From assembly GCA_019694455.1 (NCBI GenBank), contig JAIBBY010000019.1, positions 16,501-80,500 of the forward strand: a stretch of DNA of 64,000 nt. The letters run 5' to 3'. This stretch comes from Pirellulales bacterium (GTDB lineage: Bacteria; Planctomycetota; Planctomycetia; Pirellulales; JAEUIK01). The number at the start of each line of letters is the position of its first letter. Position 1 is the first letter of the stretch. The position numbers and the translations under genes were made by a program. Below are positions 1-10,189 of this stretch, piece after piece. The notes beneath the pieces are model-generated. The model did no database searches. It was not told the origin of the DNA and was given only the letters and a program-made list of their open reading frames with translations.

Positions 1-413
1 TCGCTGGGGATCGCGAGCAGCGGCGCCGGGCTGGCCTCCGGTTCGCCCATTGCGGCCGGCAAATCGCCTAGGGTAATGGTCAGGTCACTCAATTCGCCCG
101 GCGTTCCCGAGTCGCCGCCCGCGGGTTCCTGGGCCAGCGCCACCTCGAGCACGCGGCCGACATGGCCGTTGCTCGCGGTGAGAAACGTAAACCCGAGTCC
201 AATGACCAATACTGCGTGCAACGTGGCGCTCACCAGCCAGCCGGGCGCTTGCTCGCGCAGCAGGCTCAGCCAAGGCGTTGCCTGGCTGGCCGCGTCCGCG
301 TCTGTTGATTCCACGGAGAAGTCGCGCGCCGTGTTAGCGCCAACGGCTCCCCCAAGTTCGGCCACGCTATCGCGCAGACGCAGCAATTCGTCTTTGGCCG
401 AGTGATGCGACAT
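1..413 (-). CDS. hypothetical membrane protein, 5' part only (ORF runs off the left edge)
   Basis: ATG at 413-411 opens a minus-strand frame with no stop down to position 1. It is absent from the ORF track because it is truncated. Strong GC3 bias. The translation MSHHSAKDELLRLRDSVAELGG...WLVSATLHAVLVIGLGFTFL contains one TM-like helix. Confidence 0.4.
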   Translation of the reverse strand, partial: MSHHSAKDELLRLRDSVAELGGAVGANTARDFSVESTDADAASQATPWLSLLREQAPGWLVSATLHAVLVIGLGFTFLTASNGHVGRVLEVALAQEPAGGDSGTPGELSDLTITLGDLPAAMGEPEASPAPLLAIPS

Positions 414-533
414 TCGTTCAACCAGGAAACAAGCGAAGGTTGGCGGCGCGATCATCGGCCGCTGATCCCCTCATTACCTATACCCGCCGGCAACAAGCAG
501 GGTCAATGAAAAGCTCAAAATGGCGCCGAATTG

Positions 534-1574
534 TTACTGGGTAGCTGCGTCGGCAGCTAGCGCCAGCGCTCCGAAAATCACCATTTCTTCTCCCAACGCG
601 GCGGGTACGACCTGGTATTTGCCGGTAAAGGGGGGAAACACATAGCGCTCGATCTGCTTTCGCACCGGCGCAAAGAACAACTCGTCGCCCAAGAGCGACA
701 CTCCCCCGCCAATGACGACGATCTGTGGCGAAGTGAGCGTGATCGCCTGTGCAATGCCCCAGCCCAGGGCCTGCCAGGCGTGTCGCAGCACGTCTTGAGC
801 AATGCGATTCCCGTCGTGCGCGGCCTGTCCGACAATCTTGGTGGTCAATTGCTCGGGACGCGCGTCGCAGCGGTTCAGCAGATCGGCCACGTCCTCTTCG
901 TCGGCCTCCTCCACCTCGATTAGTCGCTGGCGAACATCCTCAGGCTTGCGCGGCCGTTTGCCTGAGCGGACCTCATCGAGCCGAAACGACATAGGACCAG
1001 CCAGGCGCGCCTGGGCGGCGGCGGCGATTCCCCAACCGGCGGCCAGCGATTCGAGATTCTGCTCGGGCTGCTCCGACTGTAGACCAGGGCGCAAGTGCCC
1101 CAACTCGGCTGCGCCAACGCCGCTGCCAGAGTAGATTTTGCCGCCGACAATCAATCCGCCGCCAATGCCAGTGCCTACGGTCACGTAGAAGACGGGATCG
1201 CGCCCGCGACCGGCGCCAAATCGCGCCTCGGCCAGGCCGGCGGTGTCAGCATCGTTGGCCAGGACCGCGGGCAAATTCAAGGCGCGAGCGCACCATTCGA
1301 CCAGGGGAAAATCGGTCCAGCCGGCAATATGGTGGCTTTTGACCACGCGCCCCGTGCGCACGTCGACCGGTCCTCCGAAGCCAATGCCGACGCCGCGCGC
1401 GCGATGCTTGCGCGCCAGCGGCAACGCCATGCGCTCGATCTGATTCAAGATGCCAACGGCGCCTTGCGCCGGATTGACTTCGGCGCGCTCCAGCGCGATG
1501 AGCTTTGCATCGTCGCCGCGGCCGACTCCGACCTGAAGCTTGGTGCCGCCGATCTCAACGCCCAGAAACATCAA
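534..1574 (-). CDS. ROK-family sugar kinase-like protein (glucokinase-like)
   Basis: N-terminal LGVEIGGTK phosphate-1 motif and VTVGTGIGGGLIV glycine loop, with overall ROK/ASKHA layout. The classic ROK CxCGxxGCxE zinc motif is not present; the sequence at that position is AELGHLRPG. Confidence 0.75.
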   Translation of the reverse strand: MMFLGVEIGGTKLQVGVGRGDDAKLIALERAEVNPAQGAVGILNQIERMALPLARKHRARGVGIGFGGPVDVRTGRVVKSHHIAGWTDFPLVEWCARALNLPAVLANDADTAGLAEARFGAGRGRDPVFYVTVGTGIGGGLIVGGKIYSGSGVGAAELGHLRPGLQSEQPEQNLESLAAGWGIAAAAQARLAGPMSFRLDEVRSGKRPRKPEDVRQRLIEVEEADEEDVADLLNRCDARPEQLTTKIVGQAAHDGNRIAQDVLRHAWQALGWGIAQAITLTSPQIVVIGGGVSLLGDELFFAPVRKQIERYVFPPFTGKYQVVPAALGEEMVIFGALALAADAATQ

Positions 1575-1654
1575 TCGTGATTGCGCAATAGGTGACTCGG
1601 CTCCGGCTATAGTCGCGGCGCGCCGTGCGAGAAATCATAACTGCTCGCGTCGGT

Positions 1655-2281
1655 TCATGCGCGGGCAGGCTCCGACTTGGCGTAGCGTCCCTCGTGATTG
1701 ATGCGGGCAAAGACGTCGTTCAGCACCCAATGAAACAAGCACAGGTGAATGCTCTCGACCATGCCCATGTCGGTGAGCGGCACATGCAAGCCGGCCTGGG
1801 CCATTTGTCGCAGTTTGCCGCCCGAGTAGCCGGTAAGGCCAAATGTTTTCAGTCCGTGCCGATTGGCCCAATCGACGGCGTTGAGGACATTGGGGCTATT
1901 GCCCGAACCACTGATGGCGATAACCAGATCGCCGGCGCTGCCGTAGTTCATGAGTTGTTGGACGAAAATCTGGTCGTAGGCCAAGTCGTTGCCGACGGCC
2001 ATGATCCAGCCGAGGTTGTCGGTGAGGCTCATCACCTTGAGGCGCTTCTTCGATTCGTCGTGCAGGTCCTTCTCACGTAGGCTGCTCTTGCCGAGATCTT
2101 CGCTCATATGCGTGGCGGTGGTGCCGGAGCCGCCATTGCCGAAGATGTAGACGAACTTCTCGTTCTCCCAGGCCTCGTAGATCAGGTCGGCCATCTGCTG
2201 AATTTCGGCGTGTTCGACGCGATCTAGCTCCTGATGCAGGCGGCTCATGTATTCGGGAATGGCAAGTGTGGCGCCGAGCAT
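1655..2281 (-). CDS. SIS-domain protein, phosphoheptose isomerase (GmhA/DiaA)-like
   Basis: YIFGNGGSGTTATHMSEDLGK and VIAISGSGNSPNVL are SIS-domain signatures. Start moved to the ATG at 2281, which has GGAG about 12 nt upstream; the ORF track starts at 2308. Confidence 0.8.
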   Translation of the reverse strand: MLGATLAIPEYMSRLHQELDRVEHAEIQQMADLIYEAWENEKFVYIFGNGGSGTTATHMSEDLGKSSLREKDLHDESKKRLKVMSLTDNLGWIMAVGNDLAYDQIFVQQLMNYGSAGDLVIAISGSGNSPNVLNAVDWANRHGLKTFGLTGYSGGKLRQMAQAGLHVPLTDMGMVESIHLCLFHWVLNDVFARINHEGRYAKSEPARA

Positions 2282-2375
2282 GGAAATCGATCTCCGAAGT
2301 GTGGGCAAACTCGTTGGGCTAGAACCTTATTGTAACGAAACGTTGCCCCGGCAAGGACGGCGGCAAAGGGCGATT

Positions 2376-3674
2376 TCAGGCCTTGCCGGCCTGCTGCTTT
2401 CCGCGCTGGATGTTCACCGGAGTGATTAGCGCCCAGCCGACGACAAAGAAAATCAATAGGCTCACAATCGCAATGTGGGCGCTGCCGGTGAAGTAGTTGG
2501 TGATGCCGAAAACCATGGGGCCGAGCATGCTGACCGCGCGGCCAGAGAGATTGAAAAATCCCATGAATTCGCCGGCATGCTTTTCGGGGGTCATGAAGCC
2601 CATAATCGCGCGGCTGACCGACTGCGCGCCCCCCATGACCAGCGCCAAAATGGCGGCCATGATCCAAAACTGCTCGCGTGTATTGACGAAGAACGCCGAG
2701 ATGACCAAGGCCACCCAGATAGCGAGATTGATGTGCAGCGTGGTTTTGGCGCCGATCCAATCGGAGAGTTTGCCGACCAAGAGCGCGCCCGGGAGTGAGA
2801 CAAACTGCACCATCAAGATGACTTTGATGAGCTCGTCAGTTTCCATTTTCAGCACATCTTGGGCGAAGACGGAAGCCTGCGTGATGACCGTCTGCATGCC
2901 ATCGTTGTAAAAGAGAAATCCCAAGAGAAAGAGGGACAGAGTGCCATAGCGCCGCAGGTTGAGGAGAGTCTGCCATACCTTGGCCATGGCGGCCGCGGCT
3001 TCGGCGCGCACCGAGCGGGGCGCCATGGTCGGCGTCAACTTGTCTCGCAAGATCAAGAACGCAGGCAGCGAAAAGACGAACCACCAGACGCCCATCGAGG
3101 CGATCGCCAACCGTGCGGCGTCGGACTTGGAGAGCCCCAGCGCAGCGGGGTTGAGCACGATCACCAGCGCCACGATCAAGGCGAGCGCGCCCCCCACGTA
3201 GCCGAAGGCGAAACCCCAGGCCGAAACGCGATTCATCGATTGGTCGTCGGCGATCTCTGGCAGAAAGCCATTGTAGATGCCCCAGCAAAGCTCGAAACCA
3301 AAATTGGTCAGAAAGAAAAATGCGGCCACCAACCAAGGCCACTCAGTGGGTGTCGCGCCCATCAAGATCGCCGAACCTGCGCCAAGACAGGTCGCGGCGA
3401 TCAGCCACGAGCGTTTGTTCGCCCGCGCGTCGGCCAGGGCGCCGATGATCGGCGACAGTATCGCCGCAAAGAACATGGTGATGCTGATGCCGAGCGAATA
3501 AACCAGCGGACCTTCTCGGCCGGGGATGACGGCGCCCGTCAGGTAACTGACCACCACGGTGATCTGTAGGGTGGACCAGGCACTGCTGGCCCAGTCGTAC
3601 ATGGCCCAGGCAAGCTCCTCGCGACGCGTGCCGCGCTGATTGGTGGGCGAAGGAGCTGATGCGGAGGCGCTCAT
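2376..3674 (-). CDS. MFS transporter (UMF1/Atg22-like)
   Basis: About 12 hydrophobic helices. The N-terminal ELAWAMYDWASSAWST motif is typical of UMF1-type MFS. Start taken at the internal ATG at 3674 (MSASASAP...); the ORF track starts at 3758. Confidence 0.8.
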   Translation of the reverse strand: MSASASAPSPTNQRGTRREELAWAMYDWASSAWSTLQITVVVSYLTGAVIPGREGPLVYSLGISITMFFAAILSPIIGALADARANKRSWLIAATCLGAGSAILMGATPTEWPWLVAAFFFLTNFGFELCWGIYNGFLPEIADDQSMNRVSAWGFAFGYVGGALALIVALVIVLNPAALGLSKSDAARLAIASMGVWWFVFSLPAFLILRDKLTPTMAPRSVRAEAAAAMAKVWQTLLNLRRYGTLSLFLLGFLFYNDGMQTVITQASVFAQDVLKMETDELIKVILMVQFVSLPGALLVGKLSDWIGAKTTLHINLAIWVALVISAFFVNTREQFWIMAAILALVMGGAQSVSRAIMGFMTPEKHAGEFMGFFNLSGRAVSMLGPMVFGITNYFTGSAHIAIVSLLIFFVVGWALITPVNIQRGKQQAGKA

Positions 3675-3859
3675 ACGGGCCTTGCTGGGGGACGATGGTT
3701 GGTGCGGCGCCGCATTATCAATAAGGCGTGGGTGGGCCACAAGGCGAGTTAGGCACACGGCTTACCTCGCCGGCCGTTGACTCGCGCCCCGGTGACCGGT
3801 AGTTTCTCTGCCAAGTCGGCCACTACCGCGTTCCCCTCTCGAATCGGCACAAAATCGTC

Positions 3860-5494
3860 ATGGCCACGGCATCTACCAAGGCGCGCCGCGCCCTGCGACA
3901 AGTGTTGTCTAGCCGGCTCGATTGCGCCTCGGCGCTTTACCAGGCCAATCGGACGCACTCGCTGGCCAAGCTCGAAGAACTAGAAAAGCTGCTCGCGGCG
4001 GGCCGAATGGGCGGGGGCGAAAAATACGTCAAGCGCCATCACGAGCGCGGCAAACTGTTGCCGCGCGAGCGCATTGAACTGCTGCTTGACCCCGATTCTC
4101 CCTTTCTCGAACTGCAAGCCACGGCGGCCGCCGGCACCGAGTATCCCGTGGGAGGCTCGGGCTGCGGCGGCATTGGCGTGGTTAATGGCGTGGAATGTGT
4201 GATCACGGCCAACGATCCGACCGTGCGCGGCGGCTCGGTGAATCCCTTCACGCTCAATAAGACGCTCCGCGCGATGGAGATCGCGCGGATCAATCGGCTG
4301 CCGCTGTTCTTCCTGGTCGAATCGGGGGGCGCCGACCTGCCGAAGCAGGCGGAGATCTTTGTCCCTGGCGGCGGCGTGTTCCGTGCGATGACGCAACTCT
4401 CGGCGCAAGGCGTGCCGACCATTGCGCTGGTGTTTGGCAACTCGACGGCCGGCGGCGCCTATAACCCGGCGATGTGCGATTACTCAGTGTTCGTCAAGGA
4501 TCGCGCCAAGGTTTTTTTGGGGGGTCCGCCGCTGGTGAAGATGGCCACCGGCGAGGAATCGACCGACGAAGAGTTGGGGGGCGCCGAGATGCACGCGCGC
4601 GTCTCCGGCCTGGCCGACTACCTGGCGGTGGACGAACGCGACGCGCTGCGTATTGGCCGCGAGATCGTGGCCAATCTCAATTGGCGCAAGCAGGGACCAG
4701 CGCCAGCGGCCGACTACGCCGAGCCGATCTACGACGCGGAAGAGCTATTGGGATTGGCGCCCGCCGATCTCAAGCAACCGGTCGACATTCGCGAGGTGCT
4801 GGCGCGGATTGTGGATGGCTCGGAGTTCGACGAGTTCAAGCCAAACTACGGCACGAGCCTGGTCACGGGCTGGGCCTCGATTCATGGCTACCCAGTCGGC
4901 GTTTTGGCGAACGCGCAAGGGGTGCTCTTCTCCGACGAGTCGCAGAAGGCGGCGCAGTTCATTCAGCTCGCCAATCGCAACGATGTGCCGTTGATCTTTG
5001 TGCAGAACGTGACCGGCTACATGGTGGGGCGCGAGTACGAACAGCGCGGCATCATCAAGCATGGAGCGATGATGATCAACGCGGTGTCGAACAGCACGGT
5101 GCCGCACATTACGCTGCAAATTGGCGCGTCGTACGGCGCCGGCAACTACGGCATGTGCGGTCGCGCTTACAATCCACGCTTTTTGTTCATCTGGCCCAAC
5201 AGCAAGACCGCCGTGATGGGGCCGCAACAACTGGCGGGAGTGATGTCGCTGGTGATGCGCGCTTCCGCCGAAGCGGCGGGCAAGCCGTTCAACGAGGAAG
5301 AAGACGCCATGCGCCGCGCCTTTGTCGAACATCAGATCGAAAGCGAGTCGCTGGCCACCTACACCAGCGCACGGCTTTACGACGATGGCATCATCGACCC
5401 GCGCGACAGCCGCACCGTGCTGGGCATGGCGCTTTCGGCCTGCTGCTCAGCGCCGGTCGCGGGCACGCGCAATTTCGGCGTCTTCCGCCTGTAA
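3860..5494 (+). CDS. acyl-CoA carboxylase carboxyltransferase (beta) subunit, methylcrotonyl-/geranyl-CoA carboxylase type
   Basis: RHHERGKLLPRERIELLLDPDSPFLEL, GGSVNPFT and GNSTAGGAYNPAM, at 544 aa, are typical of MccB/AtuC/PccB-family carboxyltransferases. Confidence 0.9.
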   Translation: MATASTKARRALRQVLSSRLDCASALYQANRTHSLAKLEELEKLLAAGRMGGGEKYVKRHHERGKLLPRERIELLLDPDSPFLELQATAAAGTEYPVGGSGCGGIGVVNGVECVITANDPTVRGGSVNPFTLNKTLRAMEIARINRLPLFFLVESGGADLPKQAEIFVPGGGVFRAMTQLSAQGVPTIALVFGNSTAGGAYNPAMCDYSVFVKDRAKVFLGGPPLVKMATGEESTDEELGGAEMHARVSGLADYLAVDERDALRIGREIVANLNWRKQGPAPAADYAEPIYDAEELLGLAPADLKQPVDIREVLARIVDGSEFDEFKPNYGTSLVTGWASIHGYPVGVLANAQGVLFSDESQKAAQFIQLANRNDVPLIFVQNVTGYMVGREYEQRGIIKHGAMMINAVSNSTVPHITLQIGASYGAGNYGMCGRAYNPRFLFIWPNSKTAVMGPQQLAGVMSLVMRASAEAAGKPFNEEEDAMRRAFVEHQIESESLATYTSARLYDDGIIDPRDSRTVLGMALSACCSAPVAGTRNFGVFRL

Positions 5495-5512
5495 CTTTCC
5501 GAAACCAAGAGC

Positions 5513-7486
5513 ATGAAAAAAATCTTGATCGCCAATCGCGGGGAGATCGCCCGCCGGGTGATGCGAACCTGCCGGGCGATGGGCATCCACACGGTGGCCG
5601 TGTTCTCCGAGCCGGATCGCCGCGCGCTGTTCGTGGACGAGGCGGATGAGGCGGTGGCGATTGGTGGAGCGACGCCAGCGGAGTCGTATCTCAGGGCGGA
5701 CGCGATTCTTGAGGCGGCGAGCCAGACGGGCGCCGACGGCATTCACCCAGGCTATGGGTTTCTCTCGGAGAACGCCGCCTTTGCCGCGGCCTGCGCCGCG
5801 GCGGGCATTCAGTTCGTGGGTCCGCCTGCCGAGGCGATCGCGGCGATGGGATCGAAGATCGAGGCCAAGCGGCGGATGCAGGCGGCCGGCGTGCCGGTGC
5901 TGGCCAGCGTGAACGTGTCCGGCCAATCGGCCGCGGAACTGGAGCGGCAAGTCGAACCGCTGGGCCTGCCGCTACTCATCAAAGCCTCCGCCGGCGGCGG
6001 CGGACGTGGCATGCGCATCGTGCGCTCGCGGGGCGAACTGGCAGCGGCGCTCGATGCCGCCAGGCGCGAGTCGAAGTCGGCGTTTGGCGATGACACCGTT
6101 TTCATTGAGCCGTATGTCGAGGCGCCGCGACACGTGGAGGTGCAGATCTTCGGCGACGCGCACGGCAACGTCGTCCACCTGTTTGAGCGCGAATGTTCGA
6201 TTCAGAGGCGCCACCAAAAGATTGTCGAAGAATCGCCCTCCCCTGCCCTGAACGACGAATTGCGCGCGCGGATGGGCGAGGCGGCTGTGCAGGCGGGCAA
6301 GGCGATCGGCTATCAGAACGCCGGCACGGTGGAGTTTTTGCTCAAGGCAGATAGCCAGTTTTTCTTTCTGGAGGTGAACACCCGTTTGCAGGTGGAACAC
6401 CCGGTGACCGAGGCCATCACAGGGCTTGACCTGGTGCGCTTGCAGATTGAAGTGGCGCGCGGGGCGCCGCTTTCTGCCGCGGCGCGAAATGCCACGATCA
6501 ACGGACACGCGATCGAAGTGCGGTTGTATGCCGAAGATCCGCGGCGCGAATTTATGCCGGTCACCGGCATGCTGGACCGGTTCGAGTTTCCGGCGTGGAG
6601 CGACGCGCGGGTCGACTCGGGCATTCAGACGGGGTCTGAAGTCAGCCCATTCTACGATCCCTTGTTGGCCAAGGTGATCGTCCATGCGCCAACAAGGGCC
6701 GAAGCCGCGGCGCGCCTCGCGGAAACTCTGGCGCGAGCGCAAATCCACGGACTGCGCACCAATCGCGAATTATTGGTGCGACTGCTCGAGCATCCTGAAT
6801 TCTTAGCTGGCCAGACCGACACTCACTTCTTGGAGCGCCACGCACCTGTTGAGCTGGGTCGGCCTTTAGGGGACGCTGCGGCGACTCGACTGCATGCCGT
6901 GGCCGCGGCGCTAGCGATGCAAGCCCGCAATCGGCAGGCCGCGCCGGTGTTGGCCCGCATTCCTTCTGGTTGGAGGAACAATCCGGCCGGCTTGCAGAGC
7001 GTGACGTTCGATGCCGATGGCGAGGAGATTGTTGTCGAATATCGACTACAACACGAGACGGCGATGGCGCGCGTGGGAGGGGAGGAAATTTCGGCGCGGG
7101 TCGATGAGTGCACCGCCGAGCGAGTCGCGTTGGAGGTCGGCGGAGTTCGCCGCGGCTTTGAAGTGCAGCTTACGGGGGATCGCGTCTATGTCGACAGCGC
7201 GCTGGGATGCAGCGAATTTGCAGTGCGCCCCCGTTTCAGTCGTCCCGACGAAGCCACGGCCGCCGGTTCGCTGGTAGCGCCGCTGCCGGGCGTGGTGAGC
7301 GAAGTCAAGGTGGCGGTGGGAGACGAGGTGGCGCCCGGCCAGGTGCTACTGGTGATCGAGTCGATGAAGATGTTGCATCCCATCGCCGCGCCGGTGGGGG
7401 GACGCGTCAGCGAGTTGCGTGTGCAAGCGGCCAGTCAGGTGCAGGCTGGCGTGGTGCTGGCCGTGATCGATGAAGCCAACGACTAA
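5513..7486 (+). CDS. acyl-CoA carboxylase alpha subunit (biotin carboxylase + BCCP domain)
   Basis: MKKILIANRGEIARRV N-terminus, ATP-grasp core (KASAGGGGRGMR, EVNTRLQVEHPVTE) and C-terminal biotinylation motif VIESMKMLHPI. Confidence 0.92.
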   Translation: MKKILIANRGEIARRVMRTCRAMGIHTVAVFSEPDRRALFVDEADEAVAIGGATPAESYLRADAILEAASQTGADGIHPGYGFLSENAAFAAACAAAGIQFVGPPAEAIAAMGSKIEAKRRMQAAGVPVLASVNVSGQSAAELERQVEPLGLPLLIKASAGGGGRGMRIVRSRGELAAALDAARRESKSAFGDDTVFIEPYVEAPRHVEVQIFGDAHGNVVHLFERECSIQRRHQKIVEESPSPALNDELRARMGEAAVQAGKAIGYQNAGTVEFLLKADSQFFFLEVNTRLQVEHPVTEAITGLDLVRLQIEVARGAPLSAAARNATINGHAIEVRLYAEDPRREFMPVTGMLDRFEFPAWSDARVDSGIQTGSEVSPFYDPLLAKVIVHAPTRAEAAARLAETLARAQIHGLRTNRELLVRLLEHPEFLAGQTDTHFLERHAPVELGRPLGDAAATRLHAVAAALAMQARNRQAAPVLARIPSGWRNNPAGLQSVTFDADGEEIVVEYRLQHETAMARVGGEEISARVDECTAERVALEVGGVRRGFEVQLTGDRVYVDSALGCSEFAVRPRFSRPDEATAAGSLVAPLPGVVSEVKVAVGDEVAPGQVLLVIESMKMLHPIAAPVGGRVSELRVQAASQVQAGVVLAVIDEAND

Positions 7487-7509
7487 CGATCTATTCCAAC
7501 GAGGCAGTC

Positions 7510-9285
7510 ATGTCGCGCGACAAACCCTTGCGCATCGCGAATTGCTCCGGCTTCTACGGCGACCGCCTGGCGGCGGCGCGGGAGATGGTTGAGGGGGGGC
7601 CGATCGACTTTCTCACCGGCGATTATCTCGCCGAGCTGACGATGATGATTCTGTGGAAGTCGAAGCAGAAGGACGCGAGCAAGGGATACGCGACCACATT
7701 TCTCAAGCAAATGCAGGAGATCCTCGCGCCGGCGCTGGCCAAGGGAATCAAGATTGTCGTCAACGCCGGGGGACTAAACCCGGCGGGACTCGCCCAGGAG
7801 CTGCGCACACTGTGCGACAAGCTCGGTACGCGAGCAAACATCGCGCACATTGAGGGGGATGATCTGCTCACGCGCCTGCCAGAATTGCAGGCAGCGGGGC
7901 AAGCGCTAAAGCATCTCGACACCGGCCGGCCGCTTGCGGAGCTCAACGCCATGACAGTAAGCGCCAACGCTTATCTGGGCGCTTGGGGCATTGTCGAGGC
8001 GCTGAATCGGGGCGCCGATGTCGTCATATGTCCGCGCGTTACCGACGCCGCGCTAGTCATGGGGCCGGCGGCCTGGCGCTTTGGCTGGCGGCGCGACGAT
8101 TGGGACCAACTGGCCGGGGCGCTGGTGGCTGGCCATGTGCTAGAGTGCGGCGCCCAGACCACGGGGGGCAACTACGCCTTCTTTCGCGAGGTTCCGGGGC
8201 TATCGCATGTTGGCTTTCCGATTGCCGAGATGCACGCCGACGGCAGTTCGGTCATTACCAAGCATCCTGGCACGGGCGGTTTAGTCTCGGTCGGCACGGT
8301 CACCGCGCAACTGCTCTATGAGATTGACTCCCCACGCTACGCCAACCCCGACGTGGTCGCCCGTTTTGACACGATTGACATCGAGCAGCTTGGCCCCGAC
8401 CGCGTGCGGCTGAGCGGCATCCGGGGCGAGCCGGCGCCGGGCAGCATGAAGGTGTGCATCAATTATCTCGGGGGCTTTCGCAATTCGATGACCTTTGTCC
8501 TCACGGGACTCGACATTGAGGAAAAAGCGCGCGTCACGCGCGAAGCGCTGTTGCAGGCATTGGGGGGCGAACAACCATTCTCGTCGATTGAGTTCGACTT
8601 GATTCGGGGCGACCGCGCCGACGCCTGTACCAACTCCGAGGCCAGCGCGCTGTTGCGTGTGACCGTCAAGAGCCCCGATCCGCAGCGCGTAGGACGGGCG
8701 TTTTCTGGCGCTGTGGTCGAGATGGCGCTGGCCAGCTATCCCGGCTTTTACGCCACCACGCTGCCAGGCGAAGGGAGCCCGGTGGGCGTCTATTGGCCGG
8801 CGCTGGTCGACGCTTCGCTGGTTCAGCAAGAGGTGGTGCTGGCCGATGGGACGCGTGTGCCAGTCGCGCCCACGCCGAGCGCGGCGCCGATTGAGGTGAC
8901 GGCGCCGACGGCCGAACTGCCCGCGGCGCCCGCAGGGCTATCGCAGCGAATGCCGCTAGGCACGGTGTTCGGCGCTCGCTCGGGAGACAAGGGGGGCAAC
9001 GCCAATGTCGGCATTTGGGCCCGCAGCGCAGCAGGTTATGCGTGGCTGCGCGACTTTCTCACGGTGGAAGCATTTCAACAACTGATTCCCGAGTCGGCCG
9101 CGCTGGAGGTGCGTCGCTACGAATTGCCAAATCTCTGGGCACTCAACTTTGTGGTGGTGGGACTGTTGGGCGAAGGTGTGTCGTCGTCCACGCGCTTTGA
9201 TCCGCAGGCGAAGAGCCTGGGCGAGTATTTGCGTAGCCGATTAGTCGACCTGCCCGAGGCGCTGTTGGCCGACGCGCCCTATTGA
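7510..9285 (+). CDS. AtuA-like / DUF1446 family protein (acyclic terpene utilisation family)
   Basis: The N-terminus LRIANCSGFYGDRL...DFLTGDYLAELTMMIL matches my recollection of the DUF1446/AtuA pattern. At 591 aa the length is comparable to AtuA. It lies 23 nt after the carboxylase alpha gene. Confidence 0.7.
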   Translation: MSRDKPLRIANCSGFYGDRLAAAREMVEGGPIDFLTGDYLAELTMMILWKSKQKDASKGYATTFLKQMQEILAPALAKGIKIVVNAGGLNPAGLAQELRTLCDKLGTRANIAHIEGDDLLTRLPELQAAGQALKHLDTGRPLAELNAMTVSANAYLGAWGIVEALNRGADVVICPRVTDAALVMGPAAWRFGWRRDDWDQLAGALVAGHVLECGAQTTGGNYAFFREVPGLSHVGFPIAEMHADGSSVITKHPGTGGLVSVGTVTAQLLYEIDSPRYANPDVVARFDTIDIEQLGPDRVRLSGIRGEPAPGSMKVCINYLGGFRNSMTFVLTGLDIEEKARVTREALLQALGGEQPFSSIEFDLIRGDRADACTNSEASALLRVTVKSPDPQRVGRAFSGAVVEMALASYPGFYATTLPGEGSPVGVYWPALVDASLVQQEVVLADGTRVPVAPTPSAAPIEVTAPTAELPAAPAGLSQRMPLGTVFGARSGDKGGNANVGIWARSAAGYAWLRDFLTVEAFQQLIPESAALEVRRYELPNLWALNFVVVGLLGEGVSSSTRFDPQAKSLGEYLRSRLVDLPEALLADAPY

Positions 9286-9310
9286 CGCCATTCGCGATGA
9301 ACGGCCTGGT

Positions 9311-9661
9311 TCAAGCCCACTCGACTGGCGGCTCGATCTGATCGGCAGGGCGCTTGCCCGCATCGGCTCGGCCACTGCCGGCCAGGCGGCTGATGGCTCG
9401 CACGGTCATGTCGTGATCGCAAGCGATCTGGCAACTCAGCCGCACACCGGCCAAACCGCGCGCGGCGAGGACGTCGCGCTCGGCCACGGTCATACGGTCG
9501 GGTTGGCCCGACACGAATTCGACGCGGCAGGTCGTGCAGCGGGCATGTCCGCCGCAGGCGTGCAACTGGTCGATGCCCGCCTCGTCTTCCAGGGCGAGCA
9601 CAAGCCGCTTGCCAGCAGGCACTTCGTAGACGCCAACGCCATCGACCGAGAGTTTTGGCAT
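9311..9661 (-). CDS. 2Fe-2S ferredoxin-like protein
   Basis: Cys cluster ACGGHARCTTCRVE plus the distal LSCQ cysteine. Small size at 116 aa. Confidence 0.7.
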   Translation of the reverse strand: MPKLSVDGVGVYEVPAGKRLVLALEDEAGIDQLHACGGHARCTTCRVEFVSGQPDRMTVAERDVLAARGLAGVRLSCQIACDHDMTVRAISRLAGSGRADAGKRPADQIEPPVEWA

Positions 9662-9814
9662 GATTTTCCAGTGTGTTTGAAATCGTTTGCGGTGACGGGC
9701 GGCATTATTTCATCGTGGCACGGGCGCTGCAACGGCCTGAGATTGGCCGAATGAGAATGTTTGACCCAAACGGGCGGCTCGTCGTCTAATACCAGGGGCC
9801 ATAAGGAAAAGTCC

Positions 9815-10177
9815 ATGGATACGTTCACAGCCTGCGAACTTAGCTCCAAGAAGTGTCAGCCGTGCGAAGGGGGCGTGCCGCCGGCCACGCTCGATGAGGC
9901 GCGCGAGCAGCTTAAGAAACTAGGTGGCTGGAAGCTGACCGCGGATCATCGGCGGATTCGCAAAGAATGGATCGCCAAGAATTTCATGGCGGCTATGGAG
10001 TTCTTCAACCATGTGGCGGAACTGGCCGAGGCCGAAGGGCACCATCCCGATCTGCATCTGACCAGTTACCGGAACGTGGCCATCGAACTGTGGACGCATG
10101 CGATTGGCGGGCTGTCGGAGAACGACTTCATTCTGGCGGCCAAGATCGACGAATTGCCGATCCGGCTCAAAAGTTAG
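9815..10177 (+). CDS. pterin-4-alpha-carbinolamine dehydratase (PCD/DCoH)
   Basis: EAEGHHPDL...VAIELWTH signature. Start moved to the ATG at 9815, which is preceded by AAGGAAAAG; the ORF track starts at 9761. Confidence 0.85.
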   Translation: MDTFTACELSSKKCQPCEGGVPPATLDEAREQLKKLGGWKLTADHRRIRKEWIAKNFMAAMEFFNHVAELAEAEGHHPDLHLTSYRNVAIELWTHAIGGLSENDFILAAKIDELPIRLKS

Positions 10178-10189
10178 CGACTAGAAGCG

